64,000 bases of DNA. It comes from Patescibacteria group bacterium. Lineage in GTDB: Bacteria; Patescibacteriota; CPR2; UBA1875. The notes under the pieces were generated by a model. That model saw only the letters and a program-made list of their open reading frames with translations, ran no database searches and was not told the origin of the DNA. Of the stretch, positions 30,851-42,479 are shown one piece after another (the stretch's first letter is position 1; every line of letters starts with the position of its first letter). The position numbers and the translations under genes were made by a program. The DNA lies in assembly GCA_041737595.1 (NCBI GenBank), contig JBGSRK010000005.1, forward strand, positions 32,001 to 96,000. Direction: 5' to 3'.

Positions 30851-33800
30851 TTATTCGATTTCTTCAAGAATTTCTTTTTCGGATACTTCGACTGTAGTAT
30901 CAATATTTGGTTTATTAATTTCTAATAATGGGGCCGGTGTAACAAGGTCAAAGTCATAGCCTGTTCCTACTGGTATAAGCTTACCTATAATCACATTTTC
31001 TTTAAGCCCATTTAGGTGATCTATTTTACCTTCTGTTGATGCGTTTATAAGCACTCTATTTGTTTCTTGGAAAGATGCAGCTGAAAGCCATGAATCAGTA
31101 GAAAGTGATACTTTAGAAATTGAAAGAAGTAAGTTTTCATATTGAGCTGGTTTTTTCTTTGATTTTATAACTCTTTCATTTTCTCCCATCAATGATTGGC
31201 GTGAAACAATTTCTCCAGTTATGAATTTTGTATCTCCTGGTTCATCTATTCTAGCTCTTGAAAACATTTGTCTTATAATTACTTCAATATGTTTATCATT
31301 AATAGTTTGCCCTTGAATAGCATAAATCTTTTGAGTTTCTAGAGTAATATATCTTTGGATAGCTGCTTCACCAATCAACTCTAGTGCTTTTTGTAAGTTC
31401 CATGAACCTTCTGTAAGTTGTACTCCCCGTTTTATTTCTTCACCATCAGTAACTAAAACACGAATCTGTGAAGGAACTTCATATTCACGAATATCAGCTT
31501 CTTTTACTAATGTCATTTTATCGCCCCGGAATTTAATAATTCCTGTGGCTTTTGCTCTAATCGGTTTTTTCTTTTCAGAAGTTGCAATTATATCTTTTAT
31601 TTCTACTACGGAATTATTTTTAACTGCTGGTTTATAACCTTTGATATCAATTTCTTCTTCATCAACAATAGTAGAAACGACTTTAATAATTTTTTTCTTT
31701 CCCTTTGTCTCAAGTTGAACTCTACCATCTATTTCTGCAAGTTTAGCTTCACCTTTTGGAGATCTGGCTTCAAAAAGCTCTTCAACACGAGGTAACCCTT
31801 GAGTAATATCTACCCCAGCGACTCCACCCGTGTGAGTTGTTCTCATTGTTAATTGAGTACCAGGTTCACCAATAGATTGAGCGGCAATAATACCAACTGC
31901 TGTTCCCATTCGAACAATGTCATTTTTAGCAAGATCTGCCCCATAACATTTTTGGCAAACACCCCATTTAGTTTTACAAGAAAGAACTGATCGAATTTTT
32001 ACTTCTTCTATACCATTCTTTTCAATTTCTTTGTAAACATCCTCTGTAATTAAGGTGCCCTTTTTAACAATTATCTCGCCTGTTTTCATATTTACTATTT
32101 TTTCAGCTGTGTATCTTGATAAAAGTCTTGAGATGAATTCTTCACCAATTTTTTCAGATTCAGATTTAGAAATTATCAAACCATCAGTGTCTTTACAATC
32201 TTCTTCTGCAACAGTTACATCTTGAGCTACATCAACTAGACGACGAGTTAAATAACCAGAATCTGAAGTACGTAGAGCAGTATCAGAAAAACCTTTTCTT
32301 GTACCATGTGTTGAAATAAAGAACTCCAAAGAACTAAGACCTTCGATATAGTTTGATTTTATAGGAAGTTCAATTACACGACCAGCTGGGTTATTTACAT
32401 TTCCTTTCATTCCTGCAAGTTGAGTTATTTGAGAAATATTACCACGAGCTCCACTATCTTTTGCAAGTGTTAAAAATGACTCAGAATCAAGCGCATCTGC
32501 CATTTTAATTTGAATTTGTTCTTTTGCATTTTCCCAAACTTGGACTGAAAGGGTATATTTTTCATCTTCTGTAATAAACCCTTGTTCAAATTGGCTTCGA
32601 ATTTCTAATACCTTTTTTTCTGCTTCATCTAATATACCTTGTTTTTCTTTAGGTACACGAACATCATCCATTGAAATAGATAGGCCAGATTCAGTCGCAA
32701 ATCTAAATCCAAGATCTTTAATATTATCTAAGAATATAGTAGTTTCTTCTTCCCCATATTGTTCAAAAATTCGAGATACTAATGCAACTTGTTTTTTGTT
32801 ATCAAATGGTTCATTAATATATTTCATACCCTTAGGTATAATTTTATTAAAGAATATTCTCCCAACGGTAGTATCTAAAACTTTTTGATCAATTTTTACT
32901 TTAATTTTTGCTTGAGGATGAACATAACCTAGATCATAAAAATTAATGGCCTCATCTGCTGAAGCAAATGATTTACCTTCGCCCTTTACTCCATCTTTTT
33001 CAAGTGTCATCCAATAAACCCCAAGTATCATTTCATGCCTTGGTTTTGCTACAGGTTCTCCTGCAGCTGGTTTTAATAGATTGTGTTTTGAAAGCATTAT
33101 TTGTTCTGCTTCTGCTTGAGCCATTCTTGAAAGAGGAACATGAACTGCCATTTGGTCCCCATCAAAATCAGCATTAAAGGCCTCACAGGCTAACGGATGG
33201 AGTTGGATTGCCTTACCTTCGATTAGTATTGGTAAGAATGCTTGGATACCAAGACGATGGAGCGTCGGGGCACGATTCAAAAGAACATATTTGTGTTCAA
33301 TAACTTTATCAAGCGCATCCCAGACTTCACTTCTTCCACGTTCTATCATTCTTGAAGCTGTTTTAATATTATGTGCAGTACCTTCACCTACAAGTACAGA
33401 GATAATAAATGGTTTAAAAAGTTCAAGCGCCATCATTTTTGGTAATCCACATTGATTCATTTTAAGTTCTGGGCCAGCAACAATAACTGAACGACCGGAA
33501 TAATCTACACGTTTACCAAGCAGATTTTGTCTAAATCGCCCTTGTTTCCCTTTTAACATATCAGCTATAGATTTTAATTTTCTTTTAGCGCCAGTAGTTG
33601 CCATTGCTTTATCACGTCTAGCATTATTATCTAAAAGTGCATCAACTGATTCTTGGAGCATACGTTTTTCGTTACGCATAATTACCTCTGGAGCATCCAT
33701 AGCAACAAGTTTTTTTAATCGATTATTTCTATTTATTACTCTTCGATAAAGATCATTTAGGTCGGCTGTTGCAAAGCGGCCACCATCAAGTTGAACCATT

Positions 33801-34687
33801 GGACGAAGTCCCGGTGGTATTACTGGAAGATTTTTAATTATTGTCCATTCTGGTTTAATATCAGCAGAAACTAAACCTTGGACTAATTTTAATCTCTTAA
33901 GCGCTTTTTTTCTTTTTTGACCTTGTGTTGAATCACATTCGGCTCTTAAACTTTTTTCAAGTTTAGGAAGATCAATTTCTGTAAGAAGTTTTTCAACTGC
34001 TTCTGCCCCAATATTTGCTTTGAATATGTCTCCATATTTCATAGAAAGTTCACGATATTTAAGTTCTGATAAAATGGCATATTTTTCTATTGAATTAATA
34101 TCTTCTTTTGCTTGGATTTTTATTTCTTCGAGTTCTATTAGTTTTTCTGAAAGATCTTTATCCCCTTCAGTTTCTTTTGTTAAAAGTGATTTTCTTTCTT
34201 TATATTCTTTATCAATTGATTCAAGAGCTCTCTTTTTTGCATCTTCATCAGTATTTGTAACAATATAAGAGATAAAATATACCACTTTTTCTAATTCACG
34301 GACTGAAAGACCTAATATAAGCCCTATTGTTGATGGGACCCCTCTAAGATACCAAATATGAGTTACTGGGACAGCAAGTTTGATATGGCCCATTCTTTCA
34401 CGTCTTACTATAGATCTAGTTATTTCAACACCACATTTATCGCAGATAACACCCTTGTGACGGATCTTTTTGTATTTACCACAATAACATTCCCAATCTC
34501 TTTCAGGTCCAAAGATTCGCTCACAAAACAGACCGTCTTTTTCGGGTTTTAGGGTTCTATAATTAATGGTTTCTGGTTTTAATATTTCACCATGTGACCA
34601 TTTTAGAATTTCTTCATCTGATGCAATTCCAATTCGAATCGCATTAAATTCTGTAGAGGCTTCTTGTTGATCTTTTTCTCTTGCCAT
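30851..34687 (-). CDS. rpoC: RNA polymerase beta' subunit
   Basis: NADFDGD, Zn-finger CYCGK, GEPGTQLTMRT. Confidence 0.99.
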   Translation of the reverse strand: MAREKDQQEASTEFNAIRIGIASDEEILKWSHGEILKPETINYRTLKPEKDGLFCERIFGPERDWECYCGKYKKIRHKGVICDKCGVEITRSIVRRERMGHIKLAVPVTHIWYLRGVPSTIGLILGLSVRELEKVVYFISYIVTNTDEDAKKRALESIDKEYKERKSLLTKETEGDKDLSEKLIELEEIKIQAKEDINSIEKYAILSELKYRELSMKYGDIFKANIGAEAVEKLLTEIDLPKLEKSLRAECDSTQGQKRKKALKRLKLVQGLVSADIKPEWTIIKNLPVIPPGLRPMVQLDGGRFATADLNDLYRRVINRNNRLKKLVAMDAPEVIMRNEKRMLQESVDALLDNNARRDKAMATTGAKRKLKSIADMLKGKQGRFRQNLLGKRVDYSGRSVIVAGPELKMNQCGLPKMMALELFKPFIISVLVGEGTAHNIKTASRMIERGRSEVWDALDKVIEHKYVLLNRAPTLHRLGIQAFLPILIEGKAIQLHPLACEAFNADFDGDQMAVHVPLSRMAQAEAEQIMLSKHNLLKPAAGEPVAKPRHEMILGVYWMTLEKDGVKGEGKSFASADEAINFYDLGYVHPQAKIKVKIDQKVLDTTVGRIFFNKIIPKGMKYINEPFDNKKQVALVSRIFEQYGEEETTIFLDNIKDLGFRFATESGLSISMDDVRVPKEKQGILDEAEKKVLEIRSQFEQGFITEDEKYTLSVQVWENAKEQIQIKMADALDSESFLTLAKDSGARGNISQITQLAGMKGNVNNPAGRVIELPIKSNYIEGLSSLEFFISTHGTRKGFSDTALRTSDSGYLTRRLVDVAQDVTVAEEDCKDTDGLIISKSESEKIGEEFISRLLSRYTAEKIVNMKTGEIIVKKGTLITEDVYKEIEKNGIEEVKIRSVLSCKTKWGVCQKCYGADLAKNDIVRMGTAVGIIAAQSIGEPGTQLTMRTTHTGGVAGVDITQGLPRVEELFEARSPKGEAKLAEIDGRVQLETKGKKKIIKVVSTIVDEEEIDIKGYKPAVKNNSVVEIKDIIATSEKKKPIRAKATGIIKFRGDKMTLVKEADIREYEVPSQIRVLVTDGEEIKRGVQLTEGSWNLQKALELIGEAAIQRYITLETQKIYAIQGQTINDKHIEVIIRQMFSRARIDEPGDTKFITGEIVSRQSLMGENERVIKSKKKPAQYENLLLSISKVSLSTDSWLSAASFQETNRVLINASTEGKIDHLNGLKENVIIGKLIPVGTGYDFDLVTPAPLLEINKPNIDTTVEVSEKEILEEIE

Positions 34688-34688
34688 A

Positions 34689-37600
34689 TTATTTGTCCTC
34701 CTCTTTTAACACATCAAAATCGCTAATTGATTCTTCTTTTTCTACATCCACCTTTGGAGAAACTTTATCAGCTTTATCTCCTTCTAATAACACAGTATCA
34801 CCTAACTCTTTTATATTTTTTTCATAATCTTTTTCAATTAATTCTTCTGCAGAAAATTCTTTTGCCTTTTTACCATCTTCTGATAATAAATCAATTGAAA
34901 GTCCAAGTCCTTGAAGTTCTTTTACAAGAACATTAAATGATTCAGGGACTCTTGGTTCACGAATATCTTCACCTTTAATGATTGACTCATAGGCTTTTGA
35001 CCTTCCAAGAACATCATCTGATTTTATGGTTAGAATTTCTTGTAATGTATGTGCTGCACCATAAGCTTCAAGTGCCCACACTTCCATTTCTCCAAATCTT
35101 TGACCTCCCATTTGAGCTTTACCACCAAGCGGTTGTTGAGTAACCATTGCATAACTTCCGATTGATCGGGCATGAATCTTTTCTTCTACCATATGATGGA
35201 GTTTCATAATATATGTAACACCGACTGTAACTTTTTGATCAAATTTTTCACCAGTACGGCCATCATATAGAACTTCTTTTCCATCTTCTGATTTACCAGC
35301 TAATTTTAATTCATTTTTTATTTGATCAACTTTAGCACTTAAAAATACTGGACATGCAACTTTATAACCAAGTGCGCTAGCAGCCCAACCAAGATGAACT
35401 TCAAGAATCTGCCCAATATTCATACGAGCAGAAACCCCAAGTGGGTTTAGAATAATGTCAACTGGTGTCCCATCTTCAAGATATGGCATATCTTCTACTG
35501 GAGCTATTTTTGCAATAACACCTTTATTACCATGTCGACCGGCCATTTTATCACCAACTGTTATTTTAACTAAACGAGCTACTAATACATCTATCTGTTT
35601 TATAACTCCCGCAGAAAGATCATCCCCTTTATCTCTTTCCCGAGTATTTACACCAACAACTTTACCGTAAATTCCGGGTGGGATACGAAGAGACGTATCT
35701 TTAACATCTCTAGCCTTTTCCCCAAATATTGCGCGAAGCAATCTTTCTTCTGCAGAAAGTTCAGTCTCACCTTTTGGAGTAATTTTACCAACCAAAATAT
35801 CTCCGGTTGCAACTTCGGCTCCAATTCTGATTATTCCGTCTTCATCTAGATTTCTTAATGCTTCTTCACCAACATTTGGGATATCTCTTGTAACCATTTC
35901 CGGCCCAAGTTTTGTATCTCTAATATCAATTGTAAAATTTTCGATATGTATAGAACTATATGCATCTGATTGAACAAGTTTATCTGAAATAATAATCGCA
36001 TCTTCATAGTTGTAGCCACTCCAAACCATAAAGGCAACTGTTAGATTTTTACCGAGAGCAATTTCTCCCTTTTCTGTAGCCGGACCATCAATTAATGTAT
36101 CACCTTTTTTAACTTTTTGGCCGTTAGAAACAGCCGGTCTTTGGTTAAAACAGGTATCACTATTTGTTCTATCAAATTTACTAATTTCATATGCTATTTC
36201 TTCACCGCCAGTATATTTAACTTTTACCAAAGAACCAGTTGAAGAAGTAACTGTACCATTACCAGAAGCAACGATTGTAAGCCCTGTATCAACTGCAACT
36301 TTGTTTTCTAAACCTGTACCAACAATTGGAGCACTTGGCATTAGAAGTGGAACTGCTTGTCGTTGCATATTTGCAGCCATAAGAGTTCTTTTACCATCAT
36401 CATGTTCAAGGAAAGGAATGAGACCAGTTGAAACAGATACTGTTTGTACTGATGAAACATCCATATAATCAACTTCGTTATTAGATACTTCTTGAGCTTC
36501 ACCAAATTTACGAGCTGTAACAAGATCTTCAATAAAATATCCCTGATCATCAATTTTTACATTTGCTTGAGCAATAATTGCCTTTTCTTCAATGTCAGCA
36601 GTTAAATAGATTATCTCTTTAGTCACACAAGGCTTAACATTTATTTCTTTTAATTCAGTAATTTTTGCTAATTTTTTTGCAAGAGCTTCGCTAACTTTTT
36701 CGCCCTTTTTAGCAACAATGACATTTTTTGATTTAATGTTTTCGGCAATAACATATCCGACTGATGATTTCCCATCATTCGGTAAAATTCTTTTCACTAT
36801 TCTATATGGAGTCTCTAAAAATCCATAATCGTTTACCTTGGCATATGATGCAAGATAGTTTACAAGACCAATATTTGGTCCTTCAGGAGTTTCATTTGGA
36901 CAAATACGTCCATAATGAGTTCTATGAACATCACGTACTTCAAATCCTGCTCTTTCTTTTGAAAGACCTCCGGGCCCGAGTGCTGATAAACGTCTTTTAT
37001 TAGCAAGTTCTGCAAGTGGGTTTGTTTGTTCCATAAACTGAGATAACTGAGATGAAGCAAAAAATTCCTTAATGACAGCAGATATTGGCCTAACATTTAT
37101 AAGTTGAGAAGGAGTAGTTGTTTGTGGTTCAGAAGTAGACATTTTATCTTTAATATTTCTCTCTGCTCTTAAAATACCAACTCTAAATCTTTGTTGTAGA
37201 AGTTCCCCAACACTTCTTATTCGACGATTTGCTAAATGGTCAATATCTGTTGTTTCACCTTGAACAACATTTAATCTAACAACTTCTTTAACAATTGCAA
37301 CAAAATCTTCTTTTCTTAAAATTCTATTTTCTTTAATATTTTTAATATCAATATTTAGACTCTTATTCATTTTATAACGACCAACCCTAGAAAGATCATA
37401 TTTTTTAAAGTCAAAAAACATACCTTCTATTAATTGTCGTGCATTATCAACAGTTGCTAAATCACCAGGACGGATTTTTTTATAAACTTCAAGAAAAGCT
37501 TCTTCTTGAGTTTCTGTAGGATCTTTTGAAAGTGTTGATTCAATATAATCCATTTCTGGGTCAGTATTAACATCTGCAAACATCTTTTTAATTTTACTAT

Positions 37601-38207
37601 TATCTGGGTAACCAAATGCTCGTAATAATGAGGTCACTGCAATTTTTCTTTTTCTGTCGATTTTTACAAAAATTGCACCGCTTGCAGATGTTTCCATTTC
37701 AAGCCATGCACCTCGGCCAGGAATTATCTTTGCGCCAAATAATTTCTTATCACCTGAATACTCAGCAGTGAAAAATACACCAGCGCTACGTACAAGCTGA
37801 GAAATAATAACACGTTCTACACCATTGATAATAAATGTCCCTCGTGGGGTCATAACTGGGAAATCTCCCATAAATATTTCTTGTTTTTTTGATTTACCCG
37901 TTTCAAGATTTTTAAGAGTAACTTCTACTTTAAGAGGTGCTTCAAAATTTATCTTTTTACCACGAGATATTTTTTCTGTATATTTTGGTTCATCTAAAAA
38001 ATAATCGCTGAATTCAAGAGAAAACATTTTTCCTGAATAATCAACGATTGGGTTCACTTCTTCAAATATTTCAGCGATACCTTCTCTTAAAAACCAATTG
38101 TATGAATTGGTTTGAATTTCGATTAGGTTAGGTAGTTCTAAAACATTTTGGACGGGCTGAAAAAATTTTCTTTTACCGGCTGGGGGGGTTGGGTTTTGTT
38201 TCGACAT
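34689..38207 (-). CDS. rpoB: RNA polymerase beta subunit
   Basis: [31 protein letters not shown]. Confidence 0.99.
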   Translation of the reverse strand: MSKQNPTPPAGKRKFFQPVQNVLELPNLIEIQTNSYNWFLREGIAEIFEEVNPIVDYSGKMFSLEFSDYFLDEPKYTEKISRGKKINFEAPLKVEVTLKNLETGKSKKQEIFMGDFPVMTPRGTFIINGVERVIISQLVRSAGVFFTAEYSGDKKLFGAKIIPGRGAWLEMETSASGAIFVKIDRKRKIAVTSLLRAFGYPDNSKIKKMFADVNTDPEMDYIESTLSKDPTETQEEAFLEVYKKIRPGDLATVDNARQLIEGMFFDFKKYDLSRVGRYKMNKSLNIDIKNIKENRILRKEDFVAIVKEVVRLNVVQGETTDIDHLANRRIRSVGELLQQRFRVGILRAERNIKDKMSTSEPQTTTPSQLINVRPISAVIKEFFASSQLSQFMEQTNPLAELANKRRLSALGPGGLSKERAGFEVRDVHRTHYGRICPNETPEGPNIGLVNYLASYAKVNDYGFLETPYRIVKRILPNDGKSSVGYVIAENIKSKNVIVAKKGEKVSEALAKKLAKITELKEINVKPCVTKEIIYLTADIEEKAIIAQANVKIDDQGYFIEDLVTARKFGEAQEVSNNEVDYMDVSSVQTVSVSTGLIPFLEHDDGKRTLMAANMQRQAVPLLMPSAPIVGTGLENKVAVDTGLTIVASGNGTVTSSTGSLVKVKYTGGEEIAYEISKFDRTNSDTCFNQRPAVSNGQKVKKGDTLIDGPATEKGEIALGKNLTVAFMVWSGYNYEDAIIISDKLVQSDAYSSIHIENFTIDIRDTKLGPEMVTRDIPNVGEEALRNLDEDGIIRIGAEVATGDILVGKITPKGETELSAEERLLRAIFGEKARDVKDTSLRIPPGIYGKVVGVNTRERDKGDDLSAGVIKQIDVLVARLVKITVGDKMAGRHGNKGVIAKIAPVEDMPYLEDGTPVDIILNPLGVSARMNIGQILEVHLGWAASALGYKVACPVFLSAKVDQIKNELKLAGKSEDGKEVLYDGRTGEKFDQKVTVGVTYIMKLHHMVEEKIHARSIGSYAMVTQQPLGGKAQMGGQRFGEMEVWALEAYGAAHTLQEILTIKSDDVLGRSKAYESIIKGEDIREPRVPESFNVLVKELQGLGLSIDLLSEDGKKAKEFSAEELIEKDYEKNIKELGDTVLLEGDKADKVSPKVDVEKEESISDFDVLKEEDK

Positions 38208-38298
38208 AAAAATACGGCTCCCTTTCCATGTAGGAGTTAGTTAATATTCCCTTTTAATAAAAACGCCTCTTGTAGAACTAAACTGTTAGGCACTAGAA

Positions 38299-38327
38299 AT
38301 TGTAACCGACTTTTTCCACAGTGTCAA
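38299..38327 (-). promoter_or_regulatory. rpoB promoter
   Basis: TTGACA-17-TACAAT. Confidence 0.75.
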
Positions 38328-38343
38328 TATTTTTTTAAAAGCA

Positions 38344-38370
38344 AAGGGCCACACGTATTGTGTGGCCCTT
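38344..38370 (-). terminator. GC-rich 3' hairpin of unit 3
   Basis: AAGGGCCACAC-5-GTGTGGCCCTT then TGCTTTT on minus. Confidence 0.7.
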
Positions 38371-38382
38371 GCCATGAATTGG

Positions 38383-38934
38383 TTATTTGGTGTCGATTTG
38401 TGTCCCAGTACTAATCGTCCCCCTTGGGACAATGAAATAGTACTCTGTCCCTCCGTAAACCTCTTGCCATTCGAAATTCAAACCGCAAGAGTTGAAAACA
38501 AATTCATGCCACCAACCATTCTTCGCATAACGACGGATAGCGAAAAGCCTTCTCTCAAGTCGTGGCAAGGTCACAGAGTCCTGTTCCTGAATATAGATCG
38601 GGTATTCTTTCTTGACCAACGTTTGTTGGACAATTCCTTTGTCTGTGTTGAAGGCATAGAAATACGTTGGTGTTGCACCGACAGTACCACAACCGAGAAA
38701 GATATCACCGCTTGCATTAGCACTATCGGAGAGTGCAACTAGGTGTGTAGTATAGACGACTGGCTTCGATTCTTCAATTGAAGCATTGTTACCCGCCCAA
38801 ATGAGGAAAAAGAAGAATATTGCCATCAATATTGAGAAACCACAACCTAAACAGCCATTCCACTCTTCCCAGAACATTAGAACGAAGAAACCAATAATGC
38901 CCACAACAATAACAGCGCTCAAGGACCAACCCAT
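38383..38934 (-). CDS. Hypothetical 2-TM membrane protein (unit 3)
   Basis: Start MGWSL at 38934 after GGAGG; two N-terminal TM helices. Confidence 0.72.
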   Translation of the reverse strand: MGWSLSAVIVVGIIGFFVLMFWEEWNGCLGCGFSILMAIFFFFLIWAGNNASIEESKPVVYTTHLVALSDSANASGDIFLGCGTVGATPTYFYAFNTDKGIVQQTLVKKEYPIYIQEQDSVTLPRLERRLFAIRRYAKNGWWHEFVFNSCGLNFEWQEVYGGTEYYFIVPRGTISTGTQIDTK

Positions 38935-38973
38935 GGCTACCCTCCAATCAAAGTGCACCTTTTGGTCAAGCTG

Positions 38974-39002
38974 ATTATATAACTAGAGTTGGTTTTAGTC
39001 AA
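38974..39002 (-). promoter_or_regulatory. sigma70-like promoter of unit 3
   Basis: TTGACT-17-TATAAT. Confidence 0.78.
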
Positions 39003-39005
39003 TGA

Positions 39006-39605
39006 TTATCTGGATTTTATTATCTCATCTATTACACCATATTTTTTTGCCTCTAAGGCTGTCATGAAATAATCACGCTCAACGTCAGTCTCTATTTTTG
39101 TTTTTTTCTGGCCAGTGTGAGTGGCAAGTATTCCATTTAAACTATCTTTTATCCTTAGTATTTCTTTGGCTTGAATTGAAATATCTGTCGCTTGTCCTTC
39201 TGTTCCGCCCCAAGGTTGGTGAATCATAACTCTTGAATTAGGGAGTGAATATCTTTTACCTTTTTCACCAGCCGCAAGTAAAATTGATGCGGCAGAAGCT
39301 GCTTGGCCTACACAAATTGTTTGGACATCACATTTTATAAACTGCATTGTGTCATATATCGCAAGAGAAGATGTTACTGAACCACCGGGAGAATTAATAA
39401 AAAGTTTAATATCTTTTTTATCATCTTCTGCTTCCAAAAAAAGAAGCTGTGCAATTACAATATTTGCGAAATGATCATCAATTTGTTGTCCTAAAAAAAC
39501 AATTCTATCTTTCAAAAGACGAGAATAAATATCATAAGCTCGCTCTCCCATTGAAGTTTGTTCAATTACGGTAGGTACTAATATTTGAGATTTTGTTTCA
39601 GACAT
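39006..39605 (-). CDS. clpP: ATP-dependent Clp protease proteolytic subunit
   Basis: [28 protein letters not shown]. Confidence 0.97.
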   Translation of the reverse strand: MSETKSQILVPTVIEQTSMGERAYDIYSRLLKDRIVFLGQQIDDHFANIVIAQLLFLEAEDDKKDIKLFINSPGGSVTSSLAIYDTMQFIKCDVQTICVGQAASAASILLAAGEKGKRYSLPNSRVMIHQPWGGTEGQATDISIQAKEILRIKDSLNGILATHTGQKKTKIETDVERDYFMTALEAKKYGVIDEIIKSR

Positions 39606-39617
39606 TATTACTCCAAT

Positions 39618-40908
39618 CTATTTTATTACGTTTTTATCCCATAAAGCTTGCATTGTTTTATGGATAACAAGAGTATTCCCTATTTCTCTTCGTCTGTCTG
39701 GAGTTTCATAGGCAGCTTTTACATCTTCAGCTGAAGCCCCTTCGCTTGATATTGAAACAATTCGATCAATTTCAGCATCAATTTCTTTCTCTTCTATATT
39801 AATATTTTCTCGCCTGGCTACTTCCCCAAGAACAATCCCAATTTTAACTCTTTTTTCAGCTTCTGGTTTCATCTCTTTCTCAAGATCTGGTAAGGTTTTT
39901 TTACTCATTTCCAAAAACTGCTCCATTGTTAAACCTGACCCAGAAAGATTATGTTCAGCTTCATGAATCATTCTATGAACTTCTTCTTCAACTAACATAT
40001 TAGGAACTTCAATTTTATTTTTTTCTGTAATTGTTTTTAAGATGTCTTCTTCTGTTAATCTTTTTTGTTCTAACTCTTTTTGGAATTCAAGTTCTTTTCC
40101 CAGCTCTTCCTTAAGTTTAGCTACAGTGTCAAAACCAACTTTTTTTGCAAAATCATCGTCTGCTTTTGGTGTGACTATTTCATAAACATTATTTAATTTT
40201 ACTTTAAAATTTGTTTTTTTCCCGGCAAGATTTTTAGCATGATAATCAGCTGGAAAAGTAATATCGATATCAAATTCATCCCCAGCCTTATGCCCAACTA
40301 TTTTCTCTTCAAAACCAGGAATTAACATATTAGAACCTAAAATCACGGGATGATTTTTTGAAGTACCTCCATCAAATGGAAGACCTGTCATTGTACCTTC
40401 AAAGTCAATTTCAACCTTATCTTCTAATTTTGCGGCTCTTTTTACAACAGTTTCTTCATTCTGTTTTTTTTTGCAAACCTTCGAGAGCAACAGCCTTATC
40501 TTTTTCTGTTATTTTTTCTTTTCTGGGTTTTATCTTTAAACCTTTATATTTAAAATCTTTAAGTTCTGGAAGAACTGCAACAGTGGCCTCAAAAAGTATT
40601 TTTTCTCCTGGGATGAATTGAACAACTTTAATTTGTGGGTTTCCTAATGGTGAAATTTTTTCAGCGACTAATGCTTCAAAATATGATTCAGGGATTGCCT
40701 TATCAACAACTTCTGCCCAAAATTTATCTTTTCCAACTTCTTTTTCAACAACATGAAGTGGGGCCTTCCCTGGACGAAAACCAGGTACTTTTACAGAACC
40801 TCCAAGGTCTTCTAATACCATTTGAGTCACTTTTTCAAGCTTAGTTTTATCTACTTCAATCTCAAATTTTACTTCACTCCCCTTATTATCTAGAACTTTA
40901 TAACCCAA
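39618..40908 (-). pseudogene. tig: Trigger factor split by a +1 frameshift in an A9 run (ORFs 40456-40908 and 39618-40490)
   Basis: N-part VPGFRPGKAP; C-part FKBP domain (IDFEG...FDGG, IPGFEE); deleting one T in 40464-40472 fuses them. Confidence 0.85.
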
Positions 40909-40909
40909 A

Positions 40910-41227
40910 TTACACCTCTTTTACTTTTTTTAATAATGAATCTTTATCTTGAACCCCTACAATTTGATCTACTTTTTCACCATTTTTGAAAATTATTAGA
41001 GTAGGGATGCTCATAACCCCATATTCTGCTGCGATCTTATTTGCTGTATCAACATTTAATTTACCAAATTTTGCTGTTTCCCCTGCTTCTTTTGCAGCTT
41101 CCTCAAAAATTGGCCCCATCATTTTACACGGACCACACCAATCAGCAAAAAAATCGACAATAACTACACCTTTTTCTTCTAATACTTCTTTTTTGAAATT
41201 TCCGTCAGTAAGTTCAACTAAGCCCAT
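40910..41227 (-). CDS. trxA: Thioredoxin
   Basis: WCGPC, SIPTL. Confidence 0.96.
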   Translation of the reverse strand: MGLVELTDGNFKKEVLEEKGVVIVDFFADWCGPCKMMGPIFEEAAKEAGETAKFGKLNVDTANKIAAEYGVMSIPTLIIFKNGEKVDQIVGVQDKDSLLKKVKEV

Positions 41228-41322
41228 ATTTACTCCTTTTATTTATATTTAGCCAAAATATTTTAACAAAAAATTGATACTTTATCTAGCACACATTTCA
41301 CAAAGAGTTTATAAATTCTTTA

Positions 41323-41859
41323 TTATTTATGCGACTTTCCAGCTTTAAGATATTCAGTCTTAGTCATGATTTTTTTATTATCAGTAATCTTGTCAGTAAA
41401 AACTATACCATATAAATGATCATATTCATGTTGGATAACCTTAGATAGAAGATCTTTTGCCCAAATAGTAAATTTTTCGCCGTTTTCATCATAATACTGG
41501 ATTTTTACTCTTTCGGGTCTTTTTACGGGACCAAAAACATCTGGAACACTTACACACCCCTCATACAAAACTGTTTCTTTTTTAGAATACCAAATAATTT
41601 TAGGGTTAATATATATTCTAAAAGGATCAGTGTCATACCCTTTTCTTGCTTTTGTTTCCTTAATTTCAGTAACAAATATCTGAGAAAATTCTCCAATTTG
41701 AGGTGCGGCCATCCCAATTACCATTCCATCAATAAAAGAATCTTTAAGGTTTTTGATTATTTTTTTAATTTTAGGAGATTTTATATCTTTTAAATCTACA
41801 GGCCTTGATTTTTGTCTAAGTTTTGGATCACCAAGTTGAATTATCTTTTTTATAATCAT
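41323..41859 (-). CDS. def: Peptide deformylase
   Basis: GMAAPQIG, EGCVS, QHEYDHL. Confidence 0.95.
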   Translation of the reverse strand: MIIKKIIQLGDPKLRQKSRPVDLKDIKSPKIKKIIKNLKDSFIDGMVIGMAAPQIGEFSQIFVTEIKETKARKGYDTDPFRIYINPKIIWYSKKETVLYEGCVSVPDVFGPVKRPERVKIQYYDENGEKFTIWAKDLLSKVIQHEYDHLYGIVFTDKITDNKKIMTKTEYLKAGKSHK

Positions 41860-41992
41860 ATTATTGATATTATACCTTATTTTTGCTAAAATAGCGTAGC
41901 CTTAATCGAAATTTACCTATTTTGATTATAAGGAGGAATTGTAAAAATCTGTATCTAACTTACCCGCAAAGGATAACAACAAATCCCGACGC

Positions 41993-42077
41993 GCGGACGT
42001 GGTGGAATTGGTATACACGCCAGTCTTAGGAACTGGTGGGGAAACCCGTGGAGGTTCGAGTCCTCTCGTCCGCACCA
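41993..42077 (+). tRNA. tRNA-Leu(TAG)
   Basis: GCGGACGTGGTGGAATTGG...CT-TAG-GA, long variable arm, CCA end. Confidence 0.95.
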
Positions 42078-42107
42078 AAATAAAAAATCTCACAAATGTG
42101 GGATTTT

Positions 42108-42476
42108 TTATTTTTTATCATATTGGTGGTCTACCCCACCTAAATATCTATTTGTATGGTTATTTTTTACTTCTTTAATCGGAAATCTTTTTTCGTTACT
42201 TTTTATTACCTTATCAATAGCTTCATCTATATTAATATCTGTACTGTTTGCTAGAAGTGCTAAAAACCAATAAATATCGCCAATATTATCTTCAAATTCG
42301 TCTTTATTTTCTTCTAAAACTGACTTTATTTTTTCGGAATCTTGTTCCCACTTTACAATATTTCTTATCTCTCCAATTTCTTCAACTATACCTAAAAGTA
42401 AATCTTTTGGGTTATGAAACTGTCCCCAATTTCTATCTTCAGAATATTTTTTTATTCTCTTTTGGAATTCATTCAT
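42108..42476 (-). CDS. MazG-like nucleotide pyrophosphohydrolase
   Basis: R.W.QFHNPKDL...EEIGE...IGD. Confidence 0.85.
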   Translation of the reverse strand: MNEFQKRIKKYSEDRNWGQFHNPKDLLLGIVEEIGEIRNIVKWEQDSEKIKSVLEENKDEFEDNIGDIYWFLALLANSTDINIDEAIDKVIKSNEKRFPIKEVKNNHTNRYLGGVDHQYDKK

Positions 42477-42479
42477 AAT

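Noticed and set aside
41993-42107. tRNA-Leu as an integration site
   Set aside because: No integrase or 3'-end duplication; followed only by a terminator-like hairpin
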